64,000 nucleotides of DNA. Source: Chiloscyllium plagiosum (Eukaryota). This document shows positions 35,748-49,035 of the stretch, piece after piece (within the stretch, counting starts at the first letter, position 1; each line of letters begins with the position of its first letter). The stretch lies in assembly GCF_004010195.1 (NCBI RefSeq), contig NC_057719.1:85224260-85288259 (forward strand), in the 5' to 3' direction. The notes beneath the pieces are model-generated. The model was not told where the DNA came from and ran no database searches. It saw nothing but the letters and a program-made list of their open reading frames with translations. Made by a program: the position numbers and the translations under genes.

Positions 35748-36850
35748 TAGTCATAGTGTCATACAGCACAGAAACAGGCCCTTTGGCCTAACTCATCCAT
35801 GCAAACCAGGTTTCCTCAACTTAATTGATCTCATTTGCCTGCATTTGGCCTTCTTCCCTCGCAACCTTTCCTATCTATGTACCTGTCCAAACATCTTTTA
35901 AATGCTGTAATTCTACTCACTTCTACCACTTCCTCTGGCAGCTCTTTCCATATACACAACACCCTCTGTGTGAAAAGATTGCCCCTCAGGTTCCTTTTAA
36001 ATTTTTGCCCTCTCACCTTAAACCTATCCTCTCTAGTTTTGAACTGGGGAAAAGACCTTGGCTATTGAACTTATCTAGACCCCTTATAATGTTTTATAAA
36101 CCTCTTAAAAGTCACCCCTCTGACTTCTACACTCCAGGGCCAAATTATCTCAGACTCTCCAGCTTCTCCTTTATAACTCAAGCCCTCCAGTCTTGGTAAC
36201 ATCTTTATAAATCTTTTTGCACCTTTTTCAGTTTAATAACATCCTTCCAATAGCAGGGCAACCCAAGTTGTACGCATTACTCCAAGTGTGACCTTACCAA
36301 TTTCTTGTACAACTGTAACATGATGTCCCAACTCCTTTAATCAACTCTGACTGATAAAGGCAAGCTTGACAAATGCATTCTTCACCATGCAGTCTAGCTG
36401 TGACACCACTTTTAAGGAACTATGTTGAAACTTTATTGCTGGAACAGCACAGCAGGTCAGGCAGCATCCAGGGAACAGGAGATTCGACGTTTCGGGCACA
36501 GGCCCTTCTTCAGGAACTATGTACCTGTATGTCTATGTCTCTCTGTTTGTTAACACTTCCATGGACCCTACTGTTAACTGTATAAGTCCTACCCTGGTTT
36601 GTCTTTCCAAAATGCAAACCTTGTATTTATCTAAAAATCCTTCTACCATTCCTCAGCCCACTGGCCCAGTTGATCAAGATCCTATTGTACTCTTAGATAA
36701 TCTTCTTCACTGTCCATTATACCTTCAATTTTAGTGTCATCTGCAAACTTATTAACCTATATTCTCATCCAAATTGTTTACGTAAATGGCAAGCAACAAT
36801 GGACCCAATCCTTGTGGTATACCACTGGTCACAGTCCTCCAGTCTGTACA
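35748..36850 (-). mobile_element. CR1 3' fragment in GCHFR intron 1
   Basis: FKRNLRGNLFTQRVLCIWKELP; KFADD-encoding segment near 36740; CR1 tail. Confidence 0.85.
36426..36513 (-). mobile_element. Short PLE pseudo-LTR with an intact minimal hammerhead (36486-36513) and 11-bp duplication
   Basis: Minus strand CTGAAGAAGGGCCTGTGCCCGAAACGTCGAAT; AGGAACTATGT at 36415-36425 and 36512-36522. Confidence 0.85.
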
Positions 36851-38329
36851 ACAAGCCTCCAGCACCAGTAGCTCAGGCAGCTTGTTCTAATTCTGAACTA
36901 AGCCCTCTTTTCTCTTCCCTATTCGTCCATGTTGAATGTCACTACTTTGACATACTGTGCAGTGAAATTGTATTTTGTTTCTGTAGGAAAATTTGTTTTA
37001 CTGTTGTTTTATTTGGCCTTGGACCTGGATATTCAGAACTGGTAAAGGAACAGTCCTCTAAAAATGTTAAAAGATTAAATTAAATCTTTTTATGTGGGCA
37101 GATTATTGTTGTAGGCCATTGGTGTCTCCTAAATAGACCTTATCCTTTTCCCACCTTTTCAGGGATGCCCAGACTGGTGTTGCAAACATTGTCCTCTCAA
37201 ACTACCCTCCATTGCTCTTCAACTCCCAATGTTTGAAACATTGCAGTATTATATTCCTATTTGCTTTGTTCATCTGGTTCAAGTTAACTGCACCTATCTC
37301 CATTTGTCTGCTCTACTGTTGGCATCTGCCTTACTCTCCCATTCTGAAACTAATTCTTCAAAGCTTCACTATCTTGAAATATATCTCAAAAGCCTCCATA
37401 ATTCCAATTGCTTTTGGAGGGGGCCGGGGTGAAAATGGGCAGATATTGTATATAAGCCTCCAGAACAAACAGGACTCTGTTAGAAAGTAATTTTTCAAAT
37501 ACAGATTTTGCAATAAGGTTACGATAATGTTAAATGCTAATTTAAAATAGTATGACTACCACTAATATCACAACTTAAGTGAAGAAAATAAAATTGGAAC
37601 AAGTTTCATCAGATCAAAAAACTCCAAAGCACAAAGTCCAAATGCCAGTTACAAGTGTTGGTTTATCAATAACTAATTCTATCCACTGCAATATCGCCAT
37701 GAATATTCAAAATCACTAGCCAGCCTAACAGGTTTCTACTGTTGAATTGTACAACTGACTAGCTTTAGAATAAATACCCATTAATTTTATGGTTAATTAA
37801 ATTATCTAATTTGTCTTGTTTTGAAAGAAAGGCTGGTTTGTTTCCAGCAGGAAAAGGTCTCCTTTTATGTGTTATTAATAAGTGCATTAGGTTTCACTGG
37901 GCAGTTCTAATCTCATCATAACTTTTGAACAGAAGTAGGAAAGTATTGTTACATTTTTATAAATGTCTTCAAGATGCTGTCGTCCAGGGCCCCTTTCAAG
38001 ATTTAAAATTTCCTAACTGCTCTCCATCACTCCAAGTGCTGCCTGACTGAACTCAGCTGATCAATTAGCGCAGTGGATTTACCCAGTAGTTCAACAGGAG
38101 AACAGACCTTCAAATTTAATCACCTTGTCAAAATTATATTTTAAGTTTATGCTGTGTTATGGATGAATTGGATGTTAGTCATAGAGTTAGGCATCACAGT
38201 AGGTACATTCCCTTGTCTTTTCTATATAAACAGCAAATTTCACCTTTTCAAATATTTATCCAATTCCTTTTCAATAAGAACTAGTGAATTTGGTTCCAAA
38301 ACATGTTAAGGCAGTGTATTCCAGTGGGT

Positions 38330-39900
38330 TGATGCCTTGATTTGGATTTGATAATAATGATAGCAGGTCTTAAATTGTAACATTTTTCAAGTGGGAACTG
38401 ATACATCAGTGAACCTGGATAATAGAACGTACTTGGTGCAGTTAGAATATGGGTGACAGAATTTTGGATGAGACTATGTTTGTAGATGATGGGGGATGAG
38501 ATAATGACAAGAAATATATTGGACTAACTGAGTTCAGTGCAACAAAGTGGCAGCAATATTTTGACAGGGAACCTTGTTTCAAGGGTGGAAGTAACATGGT
38601 CTTAGAGATGATGTATGTGATCAAAGTTTATTTGAAGTCAGGTGTGACACAATGTTTGTGAACAGTCTGGTTCTGCCTCTAACAGCTGCTACACTGAGGG
38701 ACAGAGTAAAATACAATTACAACATTTATAAAGCATCTGGATGCAACATTTAAAAGATATCTGGATCGGTATATGAATAGGAAGGATTTAGAGGGATATG
38801 GGCCAAGTGCTGGCAAATGGTACTAGATTAGGTTAGGATTATCTGGTCAGCATGGACGAGTTGGACCAAAGGATCTGTATCTGAGCTGTACATCTCTGAC
38901 TCTATGTGGCAGGGATGAACTCGGATTTCACCAGTTTCCTCATTTCCCCTCCCCCCACCCTGTCTCAGTCAAATCCATCAAATTCAGCACCGCCTTCCTA
39001 ACCTGAGATCTTCTTCCCGACCTCTCCGCCCCCACCCCAGTCTGACCTATCACCCTCACCTTGACCTCTTTCCACCTATCACATTTCCGACGCCCCTCTC
39101 CCAAGTCCCTCCTCCCTACCTTTTATCTTAGCCTGCTGGACAAACTTTCCCCATTCCTGAAGAAGGGCTTATGCCCGAAACGTCGATTCTCCTGTTCCCT
39201 GGATGCTGCCTGACCTGCTGCGCTTTTCCAGCAACACATTTCCAGCTCTATGTGGCAGGGGCCAAGGATAATAGCTATGGACTTCCTAATATTTAGTTGA
39301 AGGAGACTCTGTTCATCTGGTTCTGGATGCTGGACAAGCAGACTTACAATGTACAAGTAGTAAAGTGGTCAAAAGGGGTGGGGGTGGGAGGAGAGAGAGA
39401 GTTTTGGGGGTCATCAGTTACATATGGAATCTGGCATGTTTTTGAATGAGATCGCCAGGAGATTACTAAGTAAGGAAAAAGATGGAATCAATTAAAGATC
39501 ATTGTAGACACCCTGGACAACAGTCTGGGAGCAGAAAGAAAAGCTGCTGCAGGTGATTCTCTGTCTACTATTAGATAGAAGACCGGAACTGGGAAGAACA
39601 GTTACACCCAGCTAGATAGTGAGGCATTGGTGAAGGAGTAAGATAGTGTGGTTAACTCTTAAAAGGCTGCAGATAGATTGAAAATGACAAGGGGGATAGT
39701 TTATCATGGTCACAGTCACATAGATTGTCATCTTTGACATTGATAAGGATTGTTTGGATACTGTGGTCAAGCAAAAAATCTGACTGGTAGCATTCACACT
39801 TGGAGTTCAGTAAAAGCTGGGCACAAATTTGGGAAAGGCTACAGGAGGTTGAGGATGGTTTATCAGGACAGTATGTTCAATCGTTTTATATTTTGCAGAA
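38330..39900 (-). mobile_element. Old L2-type LINE fragment interrupted by a CR1 tail (about 38715-38905) and a PLE
   Basis: Decayed RT-like text on the minus strand (TVSKQSLS, NHTILL, TM-FN-F); no long ORF. Confidence 0.5.
38915..39245 (+). mobile_element. PLE pseudo-LTR with an intact minimal hammerhead (39157-39184) and a perfect 15-bp TSD
   Basis: CTCTATGTGGCAGGG at 38900-38914 and 39246-39260; CTGAAGA-AGGGC-TTAT-GCCC-GAAA-CGTC; starts at the GMNSDFTSF endonuclease end. Confidence 0.9.
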
Positions 39901-41281
39901 AAGGATGATGACAGATTTGAAGCAGCTTCATATGGTTTGGTTTAAATAGGTTACTGGCAGATGCATCAATGAGCAATTAATAGAGTTTCTGGTTTTGTCT
40001 TTTTACTAGTACCTGCCTGAAGTAATGAAAGAATTTGGAATCTGATTAAATGTTGCCAGGCTGTAGCATTAATACTCCTCCTCCAGCCATAACCTCCATA
40101 TACCTACACAGATGGTGGCCTTTATGAATTTGCACCAAGAGAGGAAAGGGCACTCTCAGTGTATGTTAGCACAGAATTCTGAGATCTGCAGTCATTATGC
40201 CTGGATCTTCTGAATTTGAAGTGAAAACCTTGCTATTAAATCGAATCACTAAATCAAAGCTTGTTTCAGAAATAGATCAAAACTAATTGAATATTTAAGG
40301 AAATTTTAGGATATGAAGTGCCTTACCGGACAGAGATCGCAAAATTGCAATCCAAAATAGCTTTTAAGTGGATACCATAAACTGTAAATATTTTGAAAAC
40401 TAATCAATAAGTTTATGAAGCAAAAGGCAGAAAAATGAGATCAACAGAACAGGAGTTAGCCCCTTAACCCAAATTCATTCGCCTTTTTGAGTGCTTTTTG
40501 TATTTTCCTGCTAGCTCTAAATGATTTCTGTATTCTGACTACTAAGGCTCGCTGCTCCTCTTCATTTACGAATTTCTCACCATTTGTAAACACTCAAACT
40601 TGTCTTTCTTTTTTGGTTAAATGGATGACCAACACTGAATATCATTTTGCTCAGTCAGTTTGTTTGTATCCACTTACAATTTCTTATTTCCACCAACGTT
40701 AACCTGACTTAACCAACTGAAAACATGCTGCATGACTGTCTATTCCGGTTGATAAATAATGTGGAAAATTGACTCCCAAGGCAATGGGCCTCAATCAAAA
40801 AAAACTGCTTTTCATTCTTTATCACAATTTTGTACCTCCCAGCCAGTCTCTAGCCCATTTAAAAAATTATCTCCAATTCCATGTGTTCTATTTGCAACAA
40901 ATAACCTCTTTCATGCAACCTTACTGAATTCCTGTTGTGTTGTTACCAACAGTGAAAAATAACAATACATTGATGTTGCTATGTGAGTCTTTGTTTTTTG
41001 ACAGCTAGACCCTTGCATTCCCTCCTATACTTACTCTAGGATTTATTGTAGTTAAATGGCAAACTGAATTATGAATCAATGGATAGTGTTGCTTTTAATA
41101 CAAAACTAATTCATTTCCAAATCATCTTTTTATAACATCACTATATTCTTAACTAATAAATAACTAAGTTTATTTAATTTCCTGATTATTTACACTATTG
41201 AGTGCATAATCTTTGCTGATATGCTGAACACAAATGTATATGAAGATGTTGTCTATAAGCTGTTCCACTGTAAGACAACTG

Positions 41282-41748
41282 TCATAGAGTCATAGAGGTA
41301 TACGGAATAGAAACAGACCCTTCGGTCCAACCAGTCCATGCCGAACATAATCCCAAACTAAACTCGTCCCACCTGCCTGCTCCTGGCCCATGTCCCACCA
41401 AACATTTCCTATTCATGTACTTATCCAAATGTCTTTTAAATCGTGTAATTGTATCCAAATCCACCACTTCCTCAGGAAGTTTGTATCAACACACGAACCA
41501 CTCTCTGTATGAAAGATTTGCCTCTCATGTCTTTTTAAAATCTTTCTTCTAACTTTAAAAAGTTTTCCCGTAGTCTAGAAATCCCCATCCTAGGGAAAAG
41601 ACAACTGCCATTAACCCTATCTATACCACTCATTATTTTATAATCTTCTATAAGGTCACCTCTCAACCTCCTATACTCCAGTGGAAGACATCCCAGCCTA
41701 TCCAGTCTTTCTTTATAATGCAAACCTTCCAAATCCAGGAACATCCTG
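41282..41748 (-). mobile_element. CR1 3' fragment
   Basis: LEGLHYKERLDRLG..LEYRRLRGDLIE; CTCTATGAC tail. Confidence 0.9.
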
Positions 41749-42194
41749 CATTCCATATAATTCATGGCTGTTCTATATAAAATATACATGACATTGTCAC
41801 ATAATTCATTGTATTTTCTATATATAATATCAACTACATTAGCTCCATTTTGCTTTATAACAATAACAATAAATTTGAATCATAAGTTAGAACTGGTGAT
41901 TGAAAAAAACTGATTATTGTATGAACATGACTTGCCAAGCCTTCTTTGACAGCAGCTTTCAACACCTGACCTCTACCACCTAGAAAATAATCTGCCATCC
42001 TTATCTGGTCTGGCCTGTGTGTGAGTCCAAAGCACACAATGTGATTGATTCTTAACTGCCCTTTGAAAATGGCCTTGCCAGCCACTCAATTTAATTAAAC
42101 TGTTACACAAAATTCATTAAGGAATAAAACCAGATGGATCACTCAGCATTAACATAGATACTGGAAATAACATTTGCAGTGCCATATCCAAACT

Positions 42195-42605
42195 TCCTTG
42201 GAACAAGCTGAGGGCTTGTGATAAAATTGGAAGAACTGTCCCACATACTAGTCAAGCAACAGCTTGACATTGTAAGTTATAAATCAGTGAGTATGACTAT
42301 GTCCCAGACAGCATCATCATCATTCTTGTGTATGTCCTACCCCACTAGCATGATGATACACCAGGATGGCAGCTCTGGGGGATTCAGCAAGAGTATATTG
42401 CCCTGTGTGTCCACAACCTGGCTCCAATTCCTATAAGGTTTCATAGTATCAGGTCAAGCACTGGACTTAATGATTAACACCTACTGCCCTTAACTGATGA
42501 ATCAGTGTTCCTCCATGTTGAATATCCTTAAAAGAAGCTCTGAGGGCAAGAGGGTGGAATGTATTCTCGTTGGGGACTTCGACACCCATCATTTAGGGTG
42601 GCTTG
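42195..42605 (+). mobile_element. Old LINE APE-endonuclease fragment
   Basis: KLEELSHILVKQQLDIV; later TY.P and VGDF motifs, decayed. Confidence 0.5.
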
Positions 42606-45600
42606 ATTTGAATCTCAAATCCCATCTGAAATCTGGGCATTCATGAAGTGCCGTGAACTATCAGCTGCAGCAGAATGTATCTAACCTAATCTTGGTTTTA
42701 TGCAGAGTGCAGAAAAGCATTCCAAGAGCATCACATTAAAAATGAGGTTATGGTGAAATGAGTAGTGTAATGTCACTGATCTAGAAATCCAGAGATCCAG
42801 GTTGCTGCAATGAGGTCATTAAAGGAGTCATTCTCGCGTTGACAGGGTGTGACTACAAAGTACTTGGGCCCAGCTATTCGCTACATAGGTCAATGATTTA
42901 GATTTGAGCACTGTTGGGCTCTGTGACACAGTGGTAGTGTCCCAACCTCATGGCAAGAATACAGGTACAAATCTCACCTGTTGTGTAGTGTGTGTTATAT
43001 ATCACAACATATCTGAACTGGTTAGTTAGAAATATCTACAAGAATATCTAGAAATTGCAACTAAGATTTCTTGTGGCACAGTGGTGGTCTCTCTACTTTG
43101 GAAGCAGGGTTCAAGTCCAACCTGGTCCCAGAGGTGTGTTGTAACATTCAGGAGGTGGGTTAGGGGGTGGTGCACAGTAGTAATGTCAAGGGATTAGTAA
43201 TTTTGAACCCCAGGCTATTGTTCTGGAAGTAACTGGCTTGAATCTCACCATGGCAGATGGTGAAATGAGGGCTGTTGAGGCATAGTGGGAGAGGAATTAC
43301 ACCATGTTTAAGTCACACCTGCTCGAGATTAAGTAAACCAGGCCTGCATCTCCAGGGGTCAAAGAATGAGAGGTGATCTCATTGAAACCTACAAAATACC
43401 TAAAGGGATAAAAAGGAGAGATGCAGGTAAGATGATTTCCTTGGGTGGGGTGTCTAGAACCCAGGGCCACAATTTAAAAAGATGGCATGCAAATGTTTGA
43501 GTGTATGAAGGTAGCAATTGGTCGATTTCTGATTACCAGTGGTTTACAGGGTTATTGGAGTGGGATGGCTATAAGGCATTGAAGTGGTTGATTAGCTGTA
43601 GTCAGCTACTGAAGGGTGGTGCAGAGTCAATGGGCTGAATAGATCACTCCTATTCCCATGTTCTCCTAAATTACCTGAATTTGTGCTGGGTCTGGTTCCA
43701 CAGATGCTGCTAGCCCTCCTGTACTCCATTCATACAGCTTTATTTATGTGTAACCCAGGTAGCTTTTTATTGACAGGCTATTTGATAGTGAAGGCATCAT
43801 ACAGGTTTGCTTTCCTGCTGGAGTCAATCGATAGAGATGAGCAGTATAATGCTTCCTACCTCCCCAATTTTATTCTGCCCGCCCACACCACCCTCCCCCA
43901 ACTAGTTATGCTGATTTCAACCGTAAGGGGAGGCTTTGGCATTGTGATAATTTCATTGGATAGTAATCAGACTAATGAGGACATGGCTTTAAATCTCACC
44001 ATGGATGATGGTGACATTTTGAATTCAATAAAGATCGGGATTGAAAGACTTGTCTAATGGTGATCATGTAACTATTGGTGGTTATTCTAAAAATCCATCT
44101 GGTTCACTAATAGCTTTTATGGAAGAAAATCTGCCATTCCTTCCTGGTGAAGCTTACATGTTACTCCAAACTCACAGCAATGTGGTTGAGTCTTAACTGC
44201 CTTATGGGCAATTGATGATGGACAGTAAATGCTGTCCTAGCCAGCACATCGAAATCCCATGAATGAATTAAAAATATAACCAGCACAGACCAAGGATGTA
44301 TTTAGGATTTGCTTTACGTGTTTTAGCAGAATGGATTATCAGCAAGCTCAAACTAATTCCAAATAACTTTTTCACCTTTTGATAACAAGTTTAAGTCTTG
44401 GGAATAGATTATATTAAGATCACAGTTTATATCAGGATTGAGATATAACCCATGACAAAATTTGGAGGTAATAGCAGTTTGGACAATGGTCTGACCTTGA
44501 AAGCAAAAGGTGAACCTTGCATTTGGTTCGAATGATGATTTACCTGATGATAAGTATATAGAAGTAGAGGAGGGAGAGTGTTCCAGACCCATCATAAGCA
44601 AGCAGAGTCCTGCATGTATTGATCCACTAGGATATGATAAATCTATCGCTGTTACTCAGTGGAAACGGTGTTCACCTGTATTTCTCAGTTGGAATGAAAC
44701 TGACCCTTTGTTGCTGCAGAGCACTCCCATTATCACCCTCCATTTATATGGGTTGTAGGAGACTTTCTTCAACTCAGAATTTGGTCTTTTATTTTGTCTG
44801 TGCCAGTCATCCATTTAGTCAGAGTTGTACAGCACGGAAACAGACACAACCAGGTCCAACTTGTCCTTGCTAACCAGGTATTCTCAACTGATTCTGTCCC
44901 ATTTGCCAGCATTTCTGTCTAAACCCTTCCTCTCCTTGTACCCATCAAGATACCTTTTAAATGTTGTAATGTTCTTTATCCCATTTCCCTCAAACTGTCT
45001 CCCCCTCCAGTCTTTTATCTCGCTCCCCTCGATCCAATGTCCCCCACTGGGCACCCACCCTCCTGCCTCTGGGAAGATTTCCTTCCTCACTGACTCAATT
45101 GAAACTCCCCTTGTGATTCTGCACATTTCGATTCAATCCCACCTGCTCCCAATCGTCTCTGCTCCCAGGAGAACGATCCTGGCTTCTCCCAGTCTCTCCA
45201 TGTGAACTGAAGACTAGAATCACAGAGAGGTAGGGCACCCTGTAAAAAGGGTGTCTTCACTCAAACACTTGTCACTTACCTGAAACTTGTTCCCCTCCCA
45301 TCTCAAAGGGAGATTTGCAACAGGGCAATCCAAATCCCTTTCTCTTTTTGTTTTCCCCTGTTCAAATATTTGTCCACATCCCTTTTGGATTATGTTTCTA
45401 GTAATGAATTGCATGTCTCCATAATCCTCCAGTGTGAAGAAAAATTGCTGACATTCAATTATATTCTTTGGTAATGATACTGCAATAGCTAGAAGACAAA
45501 TGTATCATGGTAGGGCACACCTAGATATCACTGGCACAATGATTGAATGTTTGAATGCTGTTTGCACAAAATATGGTACAAATTTTCAATTGCAAAATTG

Positions 45601-45814
45601 TGGTGACGGATGCATCTGGGTCCAGTTTGCACTGTGTTGGGCTGGGGGTGCCTGCTGTAATTTTAGGAATTTCTGGAACAGCGTGCACTGTCTGGGAGGT
45701 TGGAATAAATTTTGTGTTGACCAGTGTAAGCTAAACTCACCATCACAGCGGGAGGGGAGAGAATATGAACCATGTCCAAGCAATTTCAGAAGGAATAATA
45801 TCTCTGTTTTACAG

Positions 45815-45909
45815 GAAACTGGGCCCACAATTGTGGGCGACGAGCACTCGGATGAAGAACTTATGAGATACCTCGGAGCTGAGAAAACTACTATGTTAGG
45901 AAGTAACTT
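45815..45909 (+). CDS. GCHFR: GCHFR coding exon 2 (ETGPTIVGDEHSDEELMRYLGAEKTTMLGSN-F)
   Basis: TTTTACAG| acceptor, 95 nt, |GTGAGT donor in phase 2; matches recalled EVGPTMVGDEQSDPELMQHLGA. Confidence 0.97.
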
Positions 45910-46787
45910 GTGAGTAAGGGTGTGTTAGAACACTTCATTTACTCCTGCTCTGGAGTTTTAATATATTCTACCTCCAAATTTTGTCTCTTCTCAGCTTGCG
46001 AATTGGCTGTATAGGGACAATTTTAGAGAGTTGATGTTGATTTTTCCCCTCCCTTACTCAAGGAGAGGGGAGGTAACTGTAACACCTCTGCTTGTACCTC
46101 ACCAGAGTTTTGCACTGAGGTTGTATCATCCCCTGCCATTCCATGGCACAGCTCCTCCACCAATTTTTTTATTTGTTTGTGGGATGTGGTCATCACTGTC
46201 CAACTCTAAGTACCCAGAGAGCAGTCTAACAGTCAACCCCATTGCTGTGGGTCTGGAGTCACATGACTAAGTAAGCATGGCAGTTGTCTTCCCTAAAGGA
46301 CATTAGTGAACCAGATGAGTTTTGCCTGACAATCAAGAACATATTCATGGTCATCATTAAGATTCTGAATTCCAGATTTTTATTGAATTGGGATTCCACT
46401 ATCTGCCATGGCAGGATTTGAACCTGGGTCCCCAGAACATTACTGGGCCTCTTAATTAACAGTCCAAGTGATATCATTAGACCATCACTTTGCCAACTAC
46501 CTTGCTCTTTTACACTGACCTAATTCCCAGAACTGTCAGTGACAATATAATGGTTTGGAGTGAGTCATGAAATTAAGTACAGCAAGACCAATTGTAAAGC
46601 CTTTTAACCACTTTCCAACTGTTTTCTGGGAGTGTGACTCACCAATAAATGATAGCTTTACCCTGCGAAAAATAATTAAATCTCAACTGAAGCCCTAATG
46701 CTGGAATCTCCTAATACATGCATTCCAACTGGAAGATATTAGATATCTAGGATCTCCCAATACTAGGAAGGTCAAGTACACAGTTTA

Positions 46788-47310
46788 TAGGGAAAGTGAG
46801 GATGCAGACGCTGGAAGTCAGAGTCAATGGCTGAAGCTGAAAGACCATAGCAGGTGAGACAGCATTGGAGTAGCAGGTAAGTCAACTTTTGGGATGAAAC
46901 CCTTGGTCAGGACTGAGGAGGGGGAAGGAATCCAGATATATATAGAGGGAGGGGATAGGGCTGGGGGGTGGGGTGGGGAGGGGTAAGGGTAGGTGGGATG
47001 GTGATAGGTGGATGCAGGTAGGGAATTGTGATTGGTCAGTGGGAAGGGTAGAGTGGAAAGGTGAGGAGGAAAATGGATAGGTTCGAACAGGCCAGGGAGG
47101 CAAGGAGGACTGGTGGAGCTAGACATGGGATAAAGCTGGAGGAGGAGGGACTTTGAAGCTGGTGAAGTCAATATTGAGGCCATTGAGCTGGAAGCTTCCC
47201 AGGTGAAATATAAAGTGATGTTCCGCCAGTTTCTGTTTGGCTTCACTCCAACAGTGGAGGTGGTCAAGGATGGACATGTCACCGGGGACTAAGAGGGGGA
47301 GTTAGAGAAG
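46788..47310 (-). mobile_element. PLE 3' end (GIY-YIG C-terminus plus pseudo-LTR, hammerhead decayed)
   Basis: Minus strand reads EAKQKLAEHHFIFHLGSFQLNGLNIDFTSFK, followed by the same pseudo-LTR as 38915-39245 and 20512-20845. Confidence 0.85.
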
Positions 47311-48279
47311 GATATGTGGTAGGATGAGAATGTGGGGAGAGGAGTTTGGGTGTTTGTAGCTTGGAGGGAATTGGGGACACGAAGGTATTTGTAGCAGTGA
47401 GATACATGCCAAACAAGAGAGAGGATTTTAAGTGATTTGGTATAATGCAGAATTAACCACTGACTTCTAATGATTGGGGGTACAGTACTGCCAGTAATCC
47501 TCTACTTTTTTGGGACTTGAACATAGGCCTCCCAGTGCAGGGGTAGAGACACTACTACTGCAACACAAGAATACTCTTCAACAATAAGAAGCGAATTGTG
47601 GAATGTTTGAAGTAGTTATTTTGGGTAGATATTGTAAACGATGATGAAGTATGAAGACATTTAGATAGATACTGTATTATTTTGGTGTTATTAAGAGAAA
47701 AATATTTTCATAACGTATACCAAACTGGACAGGTTGAGGGAGGGCTGATGAAGAAAGAGTACATTCTAACTAGTTAATTTCATTTCAACTTCAAAATATT
47801 AGTAGTTAATTGTGAGTTCAATATACCATCCTGAAAATCACAGTATACTATAAAAAATTGATTTTTGCCTCATGACAGGAGTTAGTTATTTTCGATCGGT
47901 AAACAATATGCGTGTTTGCAAAGTTTGCTATGATTGTGCAGTTTGCATTTCAACAGAGACTTGAATTGGAAGCTCATCTTGGATGTATTAGGATTAACTA
48001 TAAACAGCTCCATTTGCGTCCTAAATGGAGGAAAGCATACTATTACCACTCAGTTCTTCCTGAGCTTTGTGACAGAATGTGACTGAATCCCCAACAGCTG
48101 ATCAAACGATGATAGCAGCTACCAGCGTAAACTCTGCATTGGACCAAAATATAGAACCTCTTTAATTATGCACAATGATTCATCAAATTAGCCAGTGAAG
48201 AATAGAATTGCAGTTTTTCTCTGTTTCTGTCTATGGATGTTAACTTCCTTAGTTTATGTTTAAAAAAGGACTTTTTTTC

Positions 48280-48612
48280 TCAGCTGATGCCCAGCGCAGT
48301 ATAAGGGAAACATTGCACTGTCAGTGTCATCTTTCAGGTGAGACATTAAACCAAGGCTTCTCCATCTGTCCGGTCCAATATATGTAAAAGATCTCATAGC
48401 ACATTTTCAGGAATTATCCCCGGTATTCTGTCCAATATTTCGCCCTCAGTCAACATCACAAAAAGATGATCTGGTCCTTATCACGTTGATGGTCGTGGGA
48501 GATGGCTGTGTGCACGCTGCTATGCTTCCTACAATAAAAACATCGTTCTACGCTTCAAAGTATTTCGTTGGCTGTAAAAACAGGTCCAGTGAAAAACATG
48601 TTCAAGTCTTTT
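48280..48612 (+). mobile_element. Deu-domain SINE (SacSINE1/AmnSINE1-like)
   Basis: CTTTCAGGTGAGACATTAAACCAAGG...GTAAAAGATCTCATAGCAC...CCAATATTT.CCCTCA...ATCTGGTC.TTATCAC match the recalled Deu core. Confidence 0.8.
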
Positions 48613-48859
48613 ACCTATCGCTATAACCTTTATTCCCAAGAAAACTTGAAGCCTTTCAGTAAACCATCAGCTGTTGGAAGTGTGTTTCACCTGACCATGA
48701 GGGAATGCTACAGAAAATCCATAACTCAGACATCCGCTCAGTAACAAGTAATGCGGTTGATGTGAATGATGGGAACGTATTCTGACGGTTTGTGGGAGGG
48801 GGAAGAGGCTGAACTCCAGCCGTTGCAACGATGCCTATGGATCGAAAGGTCATGGGGAT

Positions 48860-49035
48860 GGGGTGGAACTACATTTTCAAGCCGCCAACAGTCGGAGCGC
48901 GAGCGGAAATGTGATGACGTGATTGGCGGCACGGCGGGCAGGGGCGTGCTGAATTGGGTATTTAAATCCCAACTGCCGGAGCGCGAGGAGGCGGAGACAG
49001 CGGGCTGAAATATGAGTGACGTCAGGAGACAGGTT
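48860..49035 (+). promoter_or_regulatory. Intronic CpG-dense promoter-like module
   Basis: ACTACATTTTC, CGGAAA, TGACGT, ATTGG, GGGGCGTG, TATTTAAA and TGACGTCA within 170 bp. Confidence 0.55.

Noticed and set aside
44510..44758. 82-aa acidic ORF in GCHFR intron 1
   Set aside because: Non-ATG start, no recognisable domain and no convincing splice sites
45500..45913. 137-aa ORF as a standalone gene
   Set aside because: Only 45815-45909 is GCHFR exon 2; the rest is intronic open frame upstream of a clear acceptor
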